A stretch of DNA of 64,000 nucleotides from Macrostomum hystrix (GCA_950097015.1 CATNEN010000025.1:3782001-3846000); one strand, 5' to 3'; positions 1 to 12,890 are shown, counted from the stretch's first letter. Program-made: numbers and translations. The notes: generated by a model from the letters alone, not told the origin.

Positions 1-552
1 CTAGTCTTCCATAGCAACCTGATCTAGTCTCCCATAGTAACCTGATCAGTCTCCCATAGCAACCTGATCTAGTCTCCCATAGCAACCTGATCTAGTCTTC
101 GATAGCAACCTGATCTAGTCTTCGATAGCAACCTGATCTAGTCTTCGATAGCAACCTGATCTAGTCTTCGATAGCAACCTGATCTAGTCTTCGATAGCAA
201 CCTGATCTAGTCTTCGATAGCAACCTGATCTAGTATTCGATAGCAACCTGATCTTATCAATTATAGCAACCTGATCTAGTCTTCGATAGCAACCTGATCT
301 AGTCTTCGATAGCAACCTGATCTAGTCTCCCATAGCAACCTGATCTAGTCTCCCATAGCAACCTGATCTAGTCTTCCATAGCAACCTGATCTAGTCTCCC
401 ATAGCAACCTGATCTAGTCTTCCATAGCAACCTGATCTAGTCTCCTAGACCTAGATCTAGTCTCCCATAGCAACCTGATCTTGTCAATTATAGCAACCTG
501 ATCTAGTCAATTATAGCAACCTGATCTAGTCTCCTAGACCTAGATCTAGTCT
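1..552. repeat. Intronic minisatellite, 23-bp unit (GATCTAGTCTCCCATAGCAACCT), ~24 copies, FRY intron 6
   Basis: Directly visible tandem array; starts ~25 nt from the donor at 578. Confidence 0.95.
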
Positions 553-578
553 AGCAGCAGGCTAGCTGTATCACTCAC

Positions 579-3500
579 CGCGGCTGACACATTGCAATCA
601 GGGCCAATCCTTCGGTTTTGTGCAGCGCCTTGATCTGGTCCTCATTCAGGGCTGTCGGGCCGCCGCTAGCCTTCTCCCAGTGCTGCAGCAGTTTGGCAAG
701 CGACAGCAGGGCGCTGTCAAACAGATCCGGCAAGCTGTCGGCCAGCTCTCGTCGAACAAAATCGATGAGGCCTCGCACTACCGGGGCGCGCCAGTCGGCA
801 AAGTCGTGCACCAGAGTCTGCAAAGCCGCCTGAACCATCTGCTTCACCTCGGCGTCAATGTGAATTAGTAGGCGGGTGAGGAATTCGACAAGCTCCGACT
901 GGCGCATGTCCTCTCTATTGGGCAATAGGCGCGGAATAGCCGACAGGCAGGTCTTGAGCAGGTCCAGCTTCTGCTTCCGCTCCTCTGCAGTCTTGGCCTG
1001 CTCGTCTGCGTCAACCTGAATTCCAGATTATTTTTATATGCGAATGAGCTCAGAATTGAATAATTGTGCAGCCAATGCATCATCTGCAGCTTTTGCGCGG
1101 CGCGTCCAAGGGCTGTGTACAGCTGTTCAGTCCATGGACTGAGAGGGTGGGGTTGCCACAATGCTGGAAACAATTTACAACCGGTTCTGCTGATCCCAGA
1201 GCACACACACACGCGCACACAGGTGTGTACATTTACCCTTTGTTTATTACTTCTGCGAGCAATTTGGCTTCCAGCAATGACTGCGAGCAATTTGGCTTCC
1301 AGCAATGACTGCCAGCAATTTGGCTTCCAGCAATGACTGCCAGCAATTTGGCTTCCAGCAATGACTGCGAGCAATTTGGCTTCCAGCAATGACTGCGAGC
1401 AATTTGGCTTCCAGCAATGACTGCGAGCAATTTGGCTTCCAGCAATGACTGCGAGCAATTTGGCTTCCAGCAATGACTGCGAGCAATTTGGCTTCCAGCA
1501 ATGACTGCGAGCAATTTGGCTTCCAGCAATGACTGCGAGCAATTTGGCTTCCAGCAATGACTGCGAGCAATTTGGCTTCCAGCAATGACTGCGAGCAATT
1601 TGGCTTCCAGCAATGACTGCGAGCAATTTGGCTTCCAGCAATGACTGCGAGCAATTTGGCTTCCAGCAATGACTGCGAGCAATTTGGCTTCCAGCAATGA
1701 CTGCGAGCAATTTGGCTTCCAGCAATGACTGCGAGCAATTTGGCTTCCAGCAATGACTGCGAGCAATTTGGCTTCCAGCAATGACTGCAAGCAATTTGGC
1801 TTCCAGCAATGACTGCAAGCAATTTGGCTTCCAGCAATGACTGCGAGCAATTTGGCTTCCAGCAATGACTGCGAGCAATTTGGCTTCCAGCAATGACTGC
1901 GAGCAATTTGCTGGCAGCCAAATTTCAGAAGTCAAATGTCGTGTTTTCCCCTCAAGCCTCCAAGTCTTCTCACCGCGGCTGCACCCCAAATAAATGCGGC
2001 CTCGTCGCGGATTCGAGCTCAGGTGCCTTGGTGCGAGAGTCGAATGTGTCACGCCCTCCCTACACCAATATTTAAATAAATTCTCACCTTCGTAAGCATG
2101 AGTGCCCGGCCAACCACGGGGTCCAATTGGCGAATTATCGATACAAATGATTTGCGAATCTGCGGCAAATAAGATTGAATGCCCAGATTCTTGCCAGTAT
2201 CGTCCGTAATCTGCGACGCTATCAGACTCTTCTTGACTTTGATGGTGCCCAGGTCGGCGGTCCTAAGCAGCATAGCCGGCTCCTCCTTCTGCTGCAGGGC
2301 GTGCACAATGCTAAGGAAAGCTCGCAGGCCAATATTCATTCGCTCCGGCATAATCATCTTGGGCCGGTTGACGCACAACAATTCAAAAATGATCTCTTTA
2401 ATAGCAAAGTCGAATTTCTCCTGCGCAATGAGATTTATAATGCGAACAAATATGTTAATGGGCGTCTCCTTCGGGATGACCAGCTTGCTGCCCTTGGGAA
2501 ATATTGATAGCACAATGCTCTGCAGCCGGCTCTGCGTCTCCGAGTGTTTCTCGCCCCGGATGCGAATCATGTAGACCCACAGAAGGCGGAACACGCTGTC
2601 CAAACTGATGCGGGCCATCTGGGGATCGCGCGACTTCAGATGGCTCAGGCACATGCTGAGAAAGTACGGCCAATGGCTAAGGAAGAATTGCTTCTGGGAG
2701 ACGCACAGCAGGCAGGTCACTAGGGGAAACAGGGCCAGGCTGTGCTTCTTCTTTGTGGCCAGCTCGTTGCACGGATTCCACAGGGTGTCAACAATCTGGC
2801 GCATAGCCGGAATGTTCACTTCATTCTTGGCTACAGCGGCTACGGGCAGAAGAATCTCAACTAGCAGACCGGCTAGCGAGTGCCTGTAAGAGGGAGTGGT
2901 ATTTCATATAAACTGAGGGGATTTCATCCAGACTGGGCATTTCATCCAGACTGGGCATTTCATCCAGACTGGGCATTTCATCCAGACTGGGCATTTCATC
3001 CAGACTGGGCATTTCATCCAGACTGAGGGGATTTCATCTAAACTGATGGGATTTTATCTAAACTGATGGGATTTTATCTAAACTGATGGGATTTTATCTA
3101 AACTGATGGGATTTTATCTAAACTGATGGGATTTTAACTAAACTGATGGGATTTCATCCAGACTGAGGGATTACATCTAAACTGATGGGATTTCATCCAG
3201 ACTGATGGATTTTATCTAAACTGAGGAAATTTCATCTAAACTTAGAGGATTTTTATCCTAACTGTAGGGATTCCATACAAACTGAGAGGATTTCATGCTT
3301 ACTTGTAACAGACAGTTTGGCTTTGGTACAATACAAAGATGGTTTCAGTACTAGCATTAGCTCTGAGACGTAACAAAAAATAATAATAGGAGAGGATAAT
3401 TCCGTTGCTGCCAAAGTCAATTTCTTTACTTTTAAATATTTTCGCATGGGACGTTACCAAAGCAAAACACAACTGATTGGTAGCCATGCGAAAGTCGCCT

Positions 3501-6500
3501 CACCTGATCTCCTTATCCTTGACTTCGTTAAAGTACACGGCCAATTCGTGCACAAAAGTGGCACCAGCTTCCAAGTCATCGATTGGTGCCATCTGGACTC
3601 GGAGGCACTTCATGCCCATGAGCAGGCTTTTAATATTGCGGGTCACAAACAGGTTGAGCTCACGAGAGCGCAGCTGACGCAACTCGGTCCAGAATTTTTT
3701 GCGCACAGCGGCAAATCTGTATTTGGCTAGGACGCCGACAACGGAGGCGTACATGTCGGCCACGAGGTTCAGATTGGCCGCGTTTGGTCTCGTCTGCGTG
3801 CTGGCAACGAGAGGGCGGGTATCGCAGGACGATGGAAGTCAGCTCCTGGTATGTCTATATTAAAAGCACTTTACTGGATACAGGAGGGAACTAACAGGCA
3901 GGGGTAAAACAACCAACAGACAGGGGTTAAACAACCGGCAGACAGGGGTTAAAGAACCGGCAGACAGGGGTTAAAGAACCGGCAGACAGGGGTTAAACAA
4001 CCAACAGACAGGGGTTAGACAAGCAGCAGACAGGGGTTAAACAACCAACAGACAGGGGTTAGACAAGCAGCAGACAGGGGTTAGACAACAATAAGAAAGG
4101 ATGGAAAAAGCAACAGAAAGGGTGTTCGCAACGAGCAGGTGTTCGCAACCAACAGACGGGGATGACACGTAAAAAACCAACAGACGGGGATAACAGGTAA
4201 AAAACCAACACACAGTTACAACAGGTAAACAACTAACAGACGGTTACAACAGGTAAACAACTAACAGACGGTTACAACAGGTAAACAACCAACAGACGGT
4301 TACAACAGGTAAACAACTAACAGACGGTTACAACAGGTAAACAACTAACAGACGGTTACAACAGGTAAACAACTAACAGACGGTTACAACAGGTAAACAA
4401 CTAACAGACGATTACAACAGGTAAACAACCAACAGACGGTTACAACAGGTAAACAACTAACAGACGGTTACAACAGGTAAACAACTAACAGACGGTTACA
4501 ACAGGTAAACAACTAACAGACGGCTACAACAGGTAAACAACTAACGCACTGGTGATAAAAAACCACAGCAAGCAGTATCTTACTCTTCTTTCTGTTTGAA
4601 GTGACTGAAGCACTGGTTAAGTATCCTGTCCACCATCTCCTGATAACCTGGATGACCGGAGATGTGCTCCAACACCTGGATTAGCACTAGGCAGAATAGA
4701 TAGTCAACGGCGAGCTGAAAATAAAATTTCAAGCATTGATAGAAAATTATTCTCTAGCTACATGCGAGTAGGCTAATCGCTTTCTTTTAAACACTAATAA
4801 TATGCTAATTAGAGCAACTCACATCCTTTCGTTCAACTGCGATATCCTTCTCTGACATGGCCGGTTGAGCAGAGGCGGCGGCGCCGGATACGGGACGCGA
4901 GCGCGGGCCGGTTGTCTCCGCGGCCGGATCGGCCGAGTGCTGATAGTCGTACCATTGGAATAGAGCGGTCACAATAGATGGTAGGCAGTGCTCGGACACT
5001 GTCCGCAACGAAGCGATCACCTGGTCCAGGGTGGCTTCGCGATCGTTGGCCGAAGCGGCCGATCCAGCACCGCGCTGAGCCGCCACAGCTGAAGGCCAAC
5101 CTGGCGCGGCGACAGCTTCGTCTGCTGCGGCGAAAAACTTCGCTAGATTGCGCTTGTCGTCTGAGCTGCTCTGTTGGAAATAAGGCAGGATGAAGTAGCG
5201 CTGCAGGGGGTGGAGTGGCGCTGCAGGGGATGGAGTGGCGCTGCAGGGGATGGAGTGGCGCTGCAGGGGGTGGAGTGGCGCTGCAGGGGGTGGAGTGGCG
5301 CTGCAGGGGATGGAGTGGCGCTGCAGGGGATGGAGTGGCGCTGCAGGGGGTGGAGTGGCGCTGCAGGGGGTGGAGTGGCGCTGCAGGGGGTGGAGTAGCG
5401 CTGCAGGGGATGGAGTGGCGCTGCAGGGGGTGGAGTGGCGCTGCAGGGGATGGAGTGGCGCTGCAGGGGATGGAGTGGCGCTGCAGGGGGTGGAGTGGCG
5501 CTGCAGGGGGTGGAGTGGCGCTGCAGGTGGGTGGAGTGGCGCTGCAGGGGATGGAGTGGCGCTGCAGGGGGTGGAGTGGCGCTGCAGGGGATGGAGTGGC
5601 GCTGCAGGGGATGGAGTGGCGCTGCAGGGGATGGAGTGGCGCTGCAGGGGGTGGAGTGGCGTTGCAGGGGGTGGAGTGGCGCTGCAGGGGGTGGAGTGGC
5701 GCTGCAGGGGGTGGAGTGGCGCTGCAGGGGGTGGAGTGGCGCTGCAGGGGATGGAGTGGCGCTGAAGGGGATGGAGTGGCGCTGAAGGGGATGGAGTGGC
5801 GCTGTAGGGGATGGAGAGGCGCTGTAGGGGATGGAGAGGCGCTGTAGGGGATGGAGTGACACGGTAGGGGATGGAGTGACACGGTAGGGGATGGAGTGAC
5901 ACGGTAGGGGATGGAGTGACACGATGGAGGGTAGAGTGACAGTGGAGGGTAGAGTGACAGTGGAGGGTAGAGTGACAGTGGAGGGTAGAGTGACAGTGGA
6001 GGGTAGTGTGATACAAGAGGATTGTGAATGAAGCTTGGAGAGCAGAAAGCAGAAAGTTCAAAAGGAGAGGAGCGCGCTGCGCTTGTTACTCACGTCTCTG
6101 TAGAGCATAAACTCAGTAACCTTCCGCTGGCTCAGTCGGACAAACTGCTTAAACAGTGTGCGCACCAGCGATTCGCCTGGCAAATAGGGCTCGCTAGGCG
6201 GACAAGGCGTGCTGGAGCCGCCTGCATCCTCTTCCTCAGTTGAGCTGCCCTTCTCCGTGCCTTCCTCGTCGTCGGCTTCGGCGCCGAGCACCAGCTGATC
6301 GGGAGGTTCGACGGTCTCGCCGGCGTCAGCGGCAGCCAACGACCCGCCAAAAGATGCCGCCGCTGAAGAGTGGGCATTGGCTGAATCGTCATTGGCCTCG
6401 GGTAAAAACACGACAGAGGAGGACGACGAAGACGACAATGCGGCCGCAGCGTCGCTACCGGCGTCGGCGTCAGTTAAGACGACCGTGTCGAACGCGACGG

Positions 6501-6867
6501 TCGCTTCAGAGGAGGCAGCCAGGGCCGAGCTGCGCTTTCTTAGTCGCACAGGCGACGGTGTTGAATAAGCCGACGGAGAAGCCGAGGAAGCGGCTGCGGT
6601 CAGGTTGGCCGACGCAGCCACCTCGGAGAGGCTGGCGCTGCTGCTGCTGCTGCGACTCTGCGGCAATGGCAGCTGCTGCTGGCGCTCCAGTGAGGATCTA
6701 GACGACACTGGCGGCGTGGAGCTGGCCGAACCAGCCGGACTGGCCTTGGCAGCGGTGACAGCTTCAAGCGACGGCTCGGCCAGGCTAGAATCAGCGCTGC
6801 CAGGCCGGCTGGAAAGAGACTTCGCTGGCGAAGCCTCTTTGCTGTTGGCGCCGCTGCCGGTACTCAT
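579..6867 (-). CDS. FRY: Protein furry homolog (FRY/FRYL; Tao3/Mor2 family), first six coding exons; gene continues beyond the left edge
   Basis: Exons 6867-6094, 5170-4823, 4714-4584, 3800-3504, 2883-2088, 1015-579, all GT-AG with matching phases (0,0,2,2,0). Translation has FRY hallmark segments: PGESLVRTLF, ERKDLAVDYLFCLVL, VADMYASVVGVLA, KKKHSLALFPLVTCLLCVSQKQFF, PERMNIGLRAFL, KLDLLKTCLSAIPRLLP. Start ATG at 6867 is inferred. Confidence 0.95.
1066..1190. mobile_element. Fragment of a dispersed repeat family (CAGTCCATGGACT core)
   Basis: GGCTGTGTACAGCTGTTCAGTCCATGGACTG closely matches 63865-63895; related pieces at ~14200-14290, ~15225-15330 and ~16960-17100. Confidence 0.6.
1190..2062 (-). 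mobile_element. tRNA-derived SINE copy interrupted by a 28-bp minisatellite
   Basis: 1965-2060 matches the SINE head at 7745-7850; 1193-1240 matches the reverse complement of the SINE body at 29020-29095. Confidence 0.6.
1253..1910. repeat. Intronic minisatellite, 28-bp unit (CTGCGAGCAATTTGGCTTCCAGCAATGA), ~23 copies, FRY intron 5
   Basis: Near-perfect array; produces the 28-aa periodic ORFs in three minus-strand frames. Confidence 0.95.
2910..3265. repeat. Intronic minisatellite, 18-20-bp units (ATTTCATCCAGACTGGGC / ATTTTATCTAAACTGATGGG), FRY intron 4
   Basis: Two related unit types in blocks; array ends ~25 nt from the acceptor at 2884. Confidence 0.9.
3890..4547. repeat. Intronic minisatellite, 22-bp units grading into 28-bp units (ACAGGTAAACAACTAACAGACGGTTACA), FRY intron 3
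   Basis: Directly visible tandem array. Confidence 0.9.
5195..6005. repeat. Intronic minisatellite, 20-bp unit (CTGCAGGGGGTGGAGTGGCG), FRY intron 1
   Basis: More than 30 copies, degenerating to shorter units toward 6005; G-rich strand. Confidence 0.95.
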
Positions 6868-7568
6868 CGCCCACGCACTGATTAGGCTGGGATCTTGCTT
6901 GCCTTCAGTACTTGTTACCAAGTCAGAATAAATTCGCCCAGTCAGATAAAGATCCGATGCATATATCCTGTAGACTAGTACATTTGAAGTTCAAAATGAA
7001 TGGAACCTATCGAAAGTCTGCTTGATCAGGTATTAGGACACAACCAAACTGGAAGAATTTAAAATACTTTTTCTGAATGTACGAGTAATATGATGTAAAC
7101 TGAAATAAACTAAAGCTAAATACTTGCCAATACTAATAAAATGCCTATTATTTTAAAAGAAATCAGATTGCTATATGGTGCGTTTAAGGACCACTGGAAG
7201 AAGAAGAATGGGACACTTCGTTTCTGGGACCATTTATTAAAGGCAGAAAATGCACTACGTTTATTCGTAGCAAAAGGTTACAAACTTTTTATTGGAAGCA
7301 GATGCAACTCTGTTCTTTTAACATAACTAGCAAAACATGTTGCTTCAACTGATTTTATAAAGCTTCATTCATAAATAACTTATCTTCATTTTCTTTTCGC
7401 TTATTTATCATGAAACACAATATCCAGTCAATAGCTGTCGCCGATAACTCAATTTTACAGTCCTTTTCTAATCAAGTACGAGCTATAAGTGCATTATAAT
7501 AATTATGTAGAATTTCTTTATAAAAAATCAGAAGGCCAAAATTAGGCTAATTTTATGTCTGCTTGGTT

Positions 7569-7851
7569 AATAACAATAATAATTGCAGGAGGGCTGCGGG
7601 CAGTGGCCCATCATTTAGTGACACTAGACCCGCAGCCAGCGAGGAGGCAATTCTGCCCATTTCTCATCGTCTGGCAGTGTACACTTCACTGTGCCTTGGA
7701 GGTTGGCCCTCAAGGGCGTCAATTGCACGACAAGCCCCAAAGCCTTCTCTCCGCGGCTGCGCCCCAAATAAATGTGGCCTCGCCGTGGAATCGAACTTAG
7801 GGACCGTGGTGCGAGAGGCAAACGCGATAACCGCTCTGCCACTCACCCCCC
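7569..7851 (-). mobile_element. tRNA-derived SINE, full length, with target-site duplication
   Basis: Minus strand begins GGGGGTGAGTGGCAGAGCGG (A box) ... GTTCGATTCC (B box); (ATT)n-like tail; 12-bp TSD GTCTGCTTGGTT at 7557-7568 and 7852-7863. Confidence 0.85.
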
Positions 7852-8242
7852 GTCTGCTTGGTTGCTTTTGTGCTACATGATGAATAAACAAAAATAAAAT
7901 GAAGATCAATTATTCATGAATGAAGCTTTAAAAAATCCGTTGAATCAATTAATAGTTTATAGTTATTAATAGCTTGTTTTAATTTACGGTCCTTTTATAA
8001 TCTAACTATCAATATCATGTGGCTCTTTGTCCTAAAACTATTTTGCCAATATAAATACTACCTACATGCCCACATTACATTTATACAATAGCTAGGTCGG
8101 AAATCTTCAATGAATCATTTGCTAAACTTAAATTCGCGCGAAAATGTAATTGAAACAAGAAATAAAATATGAATGATGACCAATGAACGATGAATACCAC
8201 TAAGCTTGAACAGAGTAAAGTTCCGATTGATCAGGTCAGTGG

Positions 8243-8670
8243 ACAACAACAACAACAACAAGCTACATGGCCCGCTAGTCGCAGGGTTCAGCGTCAAAAG
8301 TGGGGGCCGTATCAGATGGCGCGCCGCATAGACAGCGATCGAACGAACTCCGGTACGTTGGCGGTGTCGGGCGCTCTGGCGTCGCTCAGGATATCTCAGG
8401 ATCCGGGCTTGGCACCGCCAGCACCGGCCTGCAAGGTAAGCAGCAGGACGTCATGAAGAGGCTCGGGGCAGTAGCTCTCGGCCCGGATTACGTGACCCGC
8501 CAGTTGAAGTCGCCGCCGGCGCAGGTTGCCGCCACCTCGACTAGCCTGGCTATCAGGTGCTATGCAGCTTCAGCAGAAGAGGACAGGAGGGCGAGGACGT
8601 AGGCGTAGCCCAGCAAGCTGAGGCGCTTTTGGTTGTTGCACAGTGGAGCATGTCAAGCTCAGCTTGTCCG
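8243..8670 (-). mobile_element. 5'-truncated non-LTR retrotransposon 3' end (RTE-like), degraded
   Basis: Encodes RRRRLQLAGHVIRAESYCPEPLHDVLLLTLQ, homologous to the 30503-31092 element; (TTG)n tail at ~8243-8263. Confidence 0.7.
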
Positions 8671-9074
8671 CCAATCATGCGAATATATAATTATCAAAAT
8701 CAAGCAAGAAATTTGCTAGAAATATTTTCTGCAAATTAAAGTTTTTCTGTCCCCTCTCTTCAATTTGTATTACAGTTAACATTTACTAATTTTCACATAA
8801 AGACATTCACTTTTCATTCTTATTTTCCCCAGCCAAGAGACATCATTTCCTTGGATCCTTCCACTGCATGAAACAATATTTGCTTAAATTTAAGTTCAGC
8901 AAATAATCCATAAATATTGCTGCTTGACCTTAATTGTTGATAACAGCAAAAAACAAGAAGCTTATTAAACAAAAACATGTTTTGTTTTAATAATTAACTA
9001 TGCCTGTATGGAATGAGAATGTAAGATACAAAAGTGCTTTCTGAAATAAAATTAGAAGTGAAACCAGAGAATAA

Positions 9075-9175
9075 TGTATATTAGATAGATTAGATATATA
9101 TGTATATAGATATGTATATAGATAGATAGATATGTATATGTATATATATATAGATGTATAGATAGATAGACAAGC
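9075..9175. repeat. (TA)n/(GATA)n microsatellite
   Basis: Direct inspection. Confidence 0.85.
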
Positions 9176-11168
9176 AAGCAACCAAGATTATAATTTTAGT
9201 ATATTAAGAAAAGTATATAACTAAGATGACTGTTTATACATTTTTTGTCAGGGATTCCAGTCTCTTTGACTCCATCTTTTCTGCCAGCAGCAAAGTTGAC
9301 TTATTAGTAGGCTAGTTAAGAGCAGATGAGTTGGGAAATTTGGCTTTAACTAAAATGAGAAGAAATTAATCACCTTGCTATCATGCCATTGTAATGCCAG
9401 TGTATGAAAAATATCAGCTGGTTTTTAGTTATTTGACTAATTTAAACAGATTGGTAGGGCCTACATACTTTTTGTTCTGTGTAAATGAAAGGAAAGGTCA
9501 ACTTGCTACTCAAATATATAATACTTTAACATATATATATTTATTTATTTATTTACATTTATAACAGGCTGGTCAGTGATAGGCCTGTCTTACAATTGCT
9601 TTCATTCCATTATATTATAGTAGATACTTTTATTTTGTGGCAATAAAAGAATTATAAAATTTAACTCTCCTTATGGCAGACACTTTTGTATAAAGCTTCT
9701 TTTAAATACAAGTGAATAGCAAACAAGATGGTGGCAGACAAAAAGACCAGAAACCATTTTTAATAAGTTAAATAGATATCAACTAGGATTTCAAAAGGGA
9801 ATTGAGGTTAAGAATAAACTTTGCAGTTTAACTTTGACATGTGCTACTTTATAATAAAATTTTACATATATAATTTAATTTTAGAGTTTTCTTTGTAATA
9901 CTGACATAAAAATACTTCATCAATGGCAACTTCAGATCACATACCACAAATAAAGGAGTTTTTAAAGGAGTAAGGAGGAGGGGTCTATGATGTTTGCTAG
10001 CTGGAAATTTGCTAGCTGACATTTGCTAGCCAATGTTTGCTAGCCAGACCTCTGCTAGCCAAAGTTTGTTATCTGCAATGTTTGATAAGAGCTAGCAGCT
10101 CAGTTTCTTTTAAGATGGAAAGTTGTTGGCCTCAGTGGTAACGACTAATTAATATTCATACATTATATAAAATCGACACAATGATTAGCCAATTAACCAG
10201 TTAGCAAATTATAGGGCCTATTTGTAGGTTAGAACTGGAGTCAGGCCTTGAAATTTTAAATGTAGCCTAGGCCTGGGACAATGAATTAACTCATGCCTAA
10301 AAAATCAATAAATTACAATTCAAGATACAGAATTGAAAAATGAAAAGGATGGAATATTTGTAACTAGTGACACTTAAATGCTTTTAGAAATGACATAAGT
10401 GAAGTGATGTGAAGTCTTAATTCAATAATAAGCGGCGATGAAATGAAAATGTTCAATGGAATTCATTATTACTATTTGAATTGTGTGAACTTGTTTCGAT
10501 AGAAATGTGACAACGAATCGTGAAAATTTCCCGAATCGGAATAAATACGTTTTTTTAGAACCGACTCTAAAAAACAAAATCGACAAAATGGAAAGTGCCG
10601 AACCAAATCTGAAAATGGAATCGGGAATATGATAAGCCTAATGCAGCTAGCAGCCTTCGTCATCGACTAACAAATGTCGGCTATCAAATGTCCAGGTAGC
10701 AAATGGGGGTACTCCCAAGAGGCAGGTAGGTAAGGAGTTCAAAATATTACAAATTTTATAAGAAACAAGTTAAAGTCGAATTCACGCCAAACAAACATTA
10801 TATACAAACCGAGCTAAGGACACAGAGTAAAATTTATACCCACTTATAAAAAAAGTTTATCTGAAAAGGTATTACAGGAAGAAAATATTTAAGTTTAAAG
10901 TGCTTAAGATTTATGCGTTTTAAGCGCAAATTTTAAATTCGATAATTAGATTTCTTAGAACAACTGAGATGAGAGCTAAAATGATGCTAGTCTGCATTCT
11001 GCAGGCCTAATCCTTTTTTCTCTTCGGCTACCACAGAGAGACCCTCGAAAGACACTGCAACTGGAATGTTTTAGTGAATAATCTGTATAAATAATTTAAC
11101 CTTTTAGATATTTTTCCAGTTATGCCTTTTTTATCAGTTAGACCGAAATCCAGAGGCAGTCGCAGAGT

Positions 11169-11448
11169 GGGCATAGTTTCGGTTTCCCGCTCTAAATTAT
11201 CAAACTGGCGCTGGGAAAGACTCATTAATTAATTCCACAATGATTCCTGGAGGTAGGCCTATGTCTCAAACAGGTTGTTGCTGGTTTCATGCATGACACG
11301 ATATTTGGGCTTGCTGAGCCCACCCACATACTTTCGATAATATAATATATTAGTGTTGATCTCTGGGTTGTTAGGGTCCCATTTATTGGTAATTAAGCGT
11401 GTGTTAAAATGCGTTGAAATAATTTAGAGCCGAAACCGAAACTATTCC
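11169..11448. mobile_element. MITE-like element with ~36-bp imperfect terminal inverted repeats
   Basis: GGGCATAGTTTCGGTTTCCCGCTCTAAATTATCAAAC (11169-11205) is inverted at 11413-11448. Confidence 0.55.
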
Positions 11449-11642
11449 ATTGACCTTTGCCTTGAGAAACATAATTTCATGCCTGCCCTGTTTTGTCCAC
11501 TTCTAGTTCCACTTAGTGGATGTTGCTGGATCTGTGTAAACATCAAAACAGACTACAGTGGGACCAAGGCAATCGTTTTTTAATATAATATTTTTTACTA
11601 GGCCTATTGCTTTTAAGAGCTGCTGATGTGTCATTTATGGAT

Positions 11643-12058
11643 CCTAGACACTTCGTCATCTTACAACTTCGTCATCCACTTGGAAGGTAGGACACTTCGT
11701 CATCCAGCCAATTGGCATGCTTTAAAGTTTGGTCAGTTCGTCATCTAATAATAACAAGCAATCAAGTTCAACATCAATAAAGTGAGGGTGGGGTGGTGGG
11801 GCAGAGGTGTGAACACACTTCACACTCTAAATTGTCAAAAAGAGGTGTCAAAACTGATTTCATTATAAGAGTTGAAAGATAGGTGCCAACACGATGTGAG
11901 TAGGGGTGGAGAGGGGTGTTTCTGTTCTAACTTTGAAAAATTTTATTTTATAGATGACGAAGTGTCCACAAGTCTAAGTCTTTTCATCATCCACCCTCTG
12001 AGATATTGTACAGATCGTCATCTGGATGACGAAGTTGTAAGATGACAAAGTGTCCAGG
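11643..12058. mobile_element. MITE-like element with ~35-bp TIRs and internal CTTCGTCATC motifs
   Basis: CCTAGACACTTCGTCATCTTACAACTTCGTCATCC versus GGATGACGAAGTTGTAAGATGACAAAGTGTCCAGG (2 mismatches); no coding capacity. Confidence 0.7.
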
Positions 12059-12154
12059 TAGGCCTAGGCCCCTACTGTTGTTTATTATCTGAATCTTATC
12101 TATTATTTATTACTTTTGCTAAGTTTTTACTGCATTATAATTTGGAAGTGCTTA

Positions 12155-12890
12155 TTCCCACGGTCCCATGCCAATAATTTCAATTTTATCCACACGGATC
12201 CATGCCCATAATTTTCTGCTTAGGCCTATCCACATGGCAGCTTGTATGAATAGGTCTACTTTCAAGTCCCTACCTATTCTTCTCTGAGCATTAAGGCTTT
12301 TGCTTCAGAGTATAGTGTATAGTGTACACTATCAATGCATAGTGTAAAATAATAACAATGATGTATAATATGTGTGACAAGTTTGGTGCTGACTAGAATT
12401 CTGCTGGTTGACTCATATGATTTTCTTTGATTGACTTCTTACATTCTAAGTCAATACAATTTGAATGAAAACATGTAACGATGACAAAAGATTTAGTAAG
12501 TTGTTATTACAAAAATTAAAAAGGATGACATTAATGTTGGTTAATGAATGTGTAGGTCAAACACCGTCGTAAACACTGTCGTAACACACTGGCAACTTTG
12601 TCGATCTATTGGCTCGAGGGTTCAGCAAAACGTTCAAACCCGAAAGGGCTTTGTTTCAAAGAACAGAACTACATGGATTAAATTGAAATTAATGGCACAA
12701 CATATATAAAGAGTTTTAGACCTATTCATACAAGCTGCCATGTGGATAAGCAGAAAATTATTGGCATGGCTCCATGTGGATAAAATTGAAATTAACAGCA
12801 TAGCATATTTATATAGAGTTGTAGACCTATTCATACAAGCTGCCGTGTGGATAAGCAGAAAATTATTGGCATGGATCCGTGTGGATAAGC
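12155..12890. mobile_element. Foldback/MITE-like element with ~85-bp inverted arms; right arm tandemly duplicated
   Basis: 12170-12258 is the reverse complement of 12718-12795 and of 12822-12890. Confidence 0.6.

Noticed and set aside
865-2052. Long periodic ORFs (395, 224 and 210 aa)
   Set aside because: They read through the 28-bp intronic array in three frames; this lies inside a phase-consistent FRY intron.
4833-5922. Pro/His-rich and antisense periodic ORFs
   Set aside because: Products of the 20-bp array; only 5170-4823 is a real exon.
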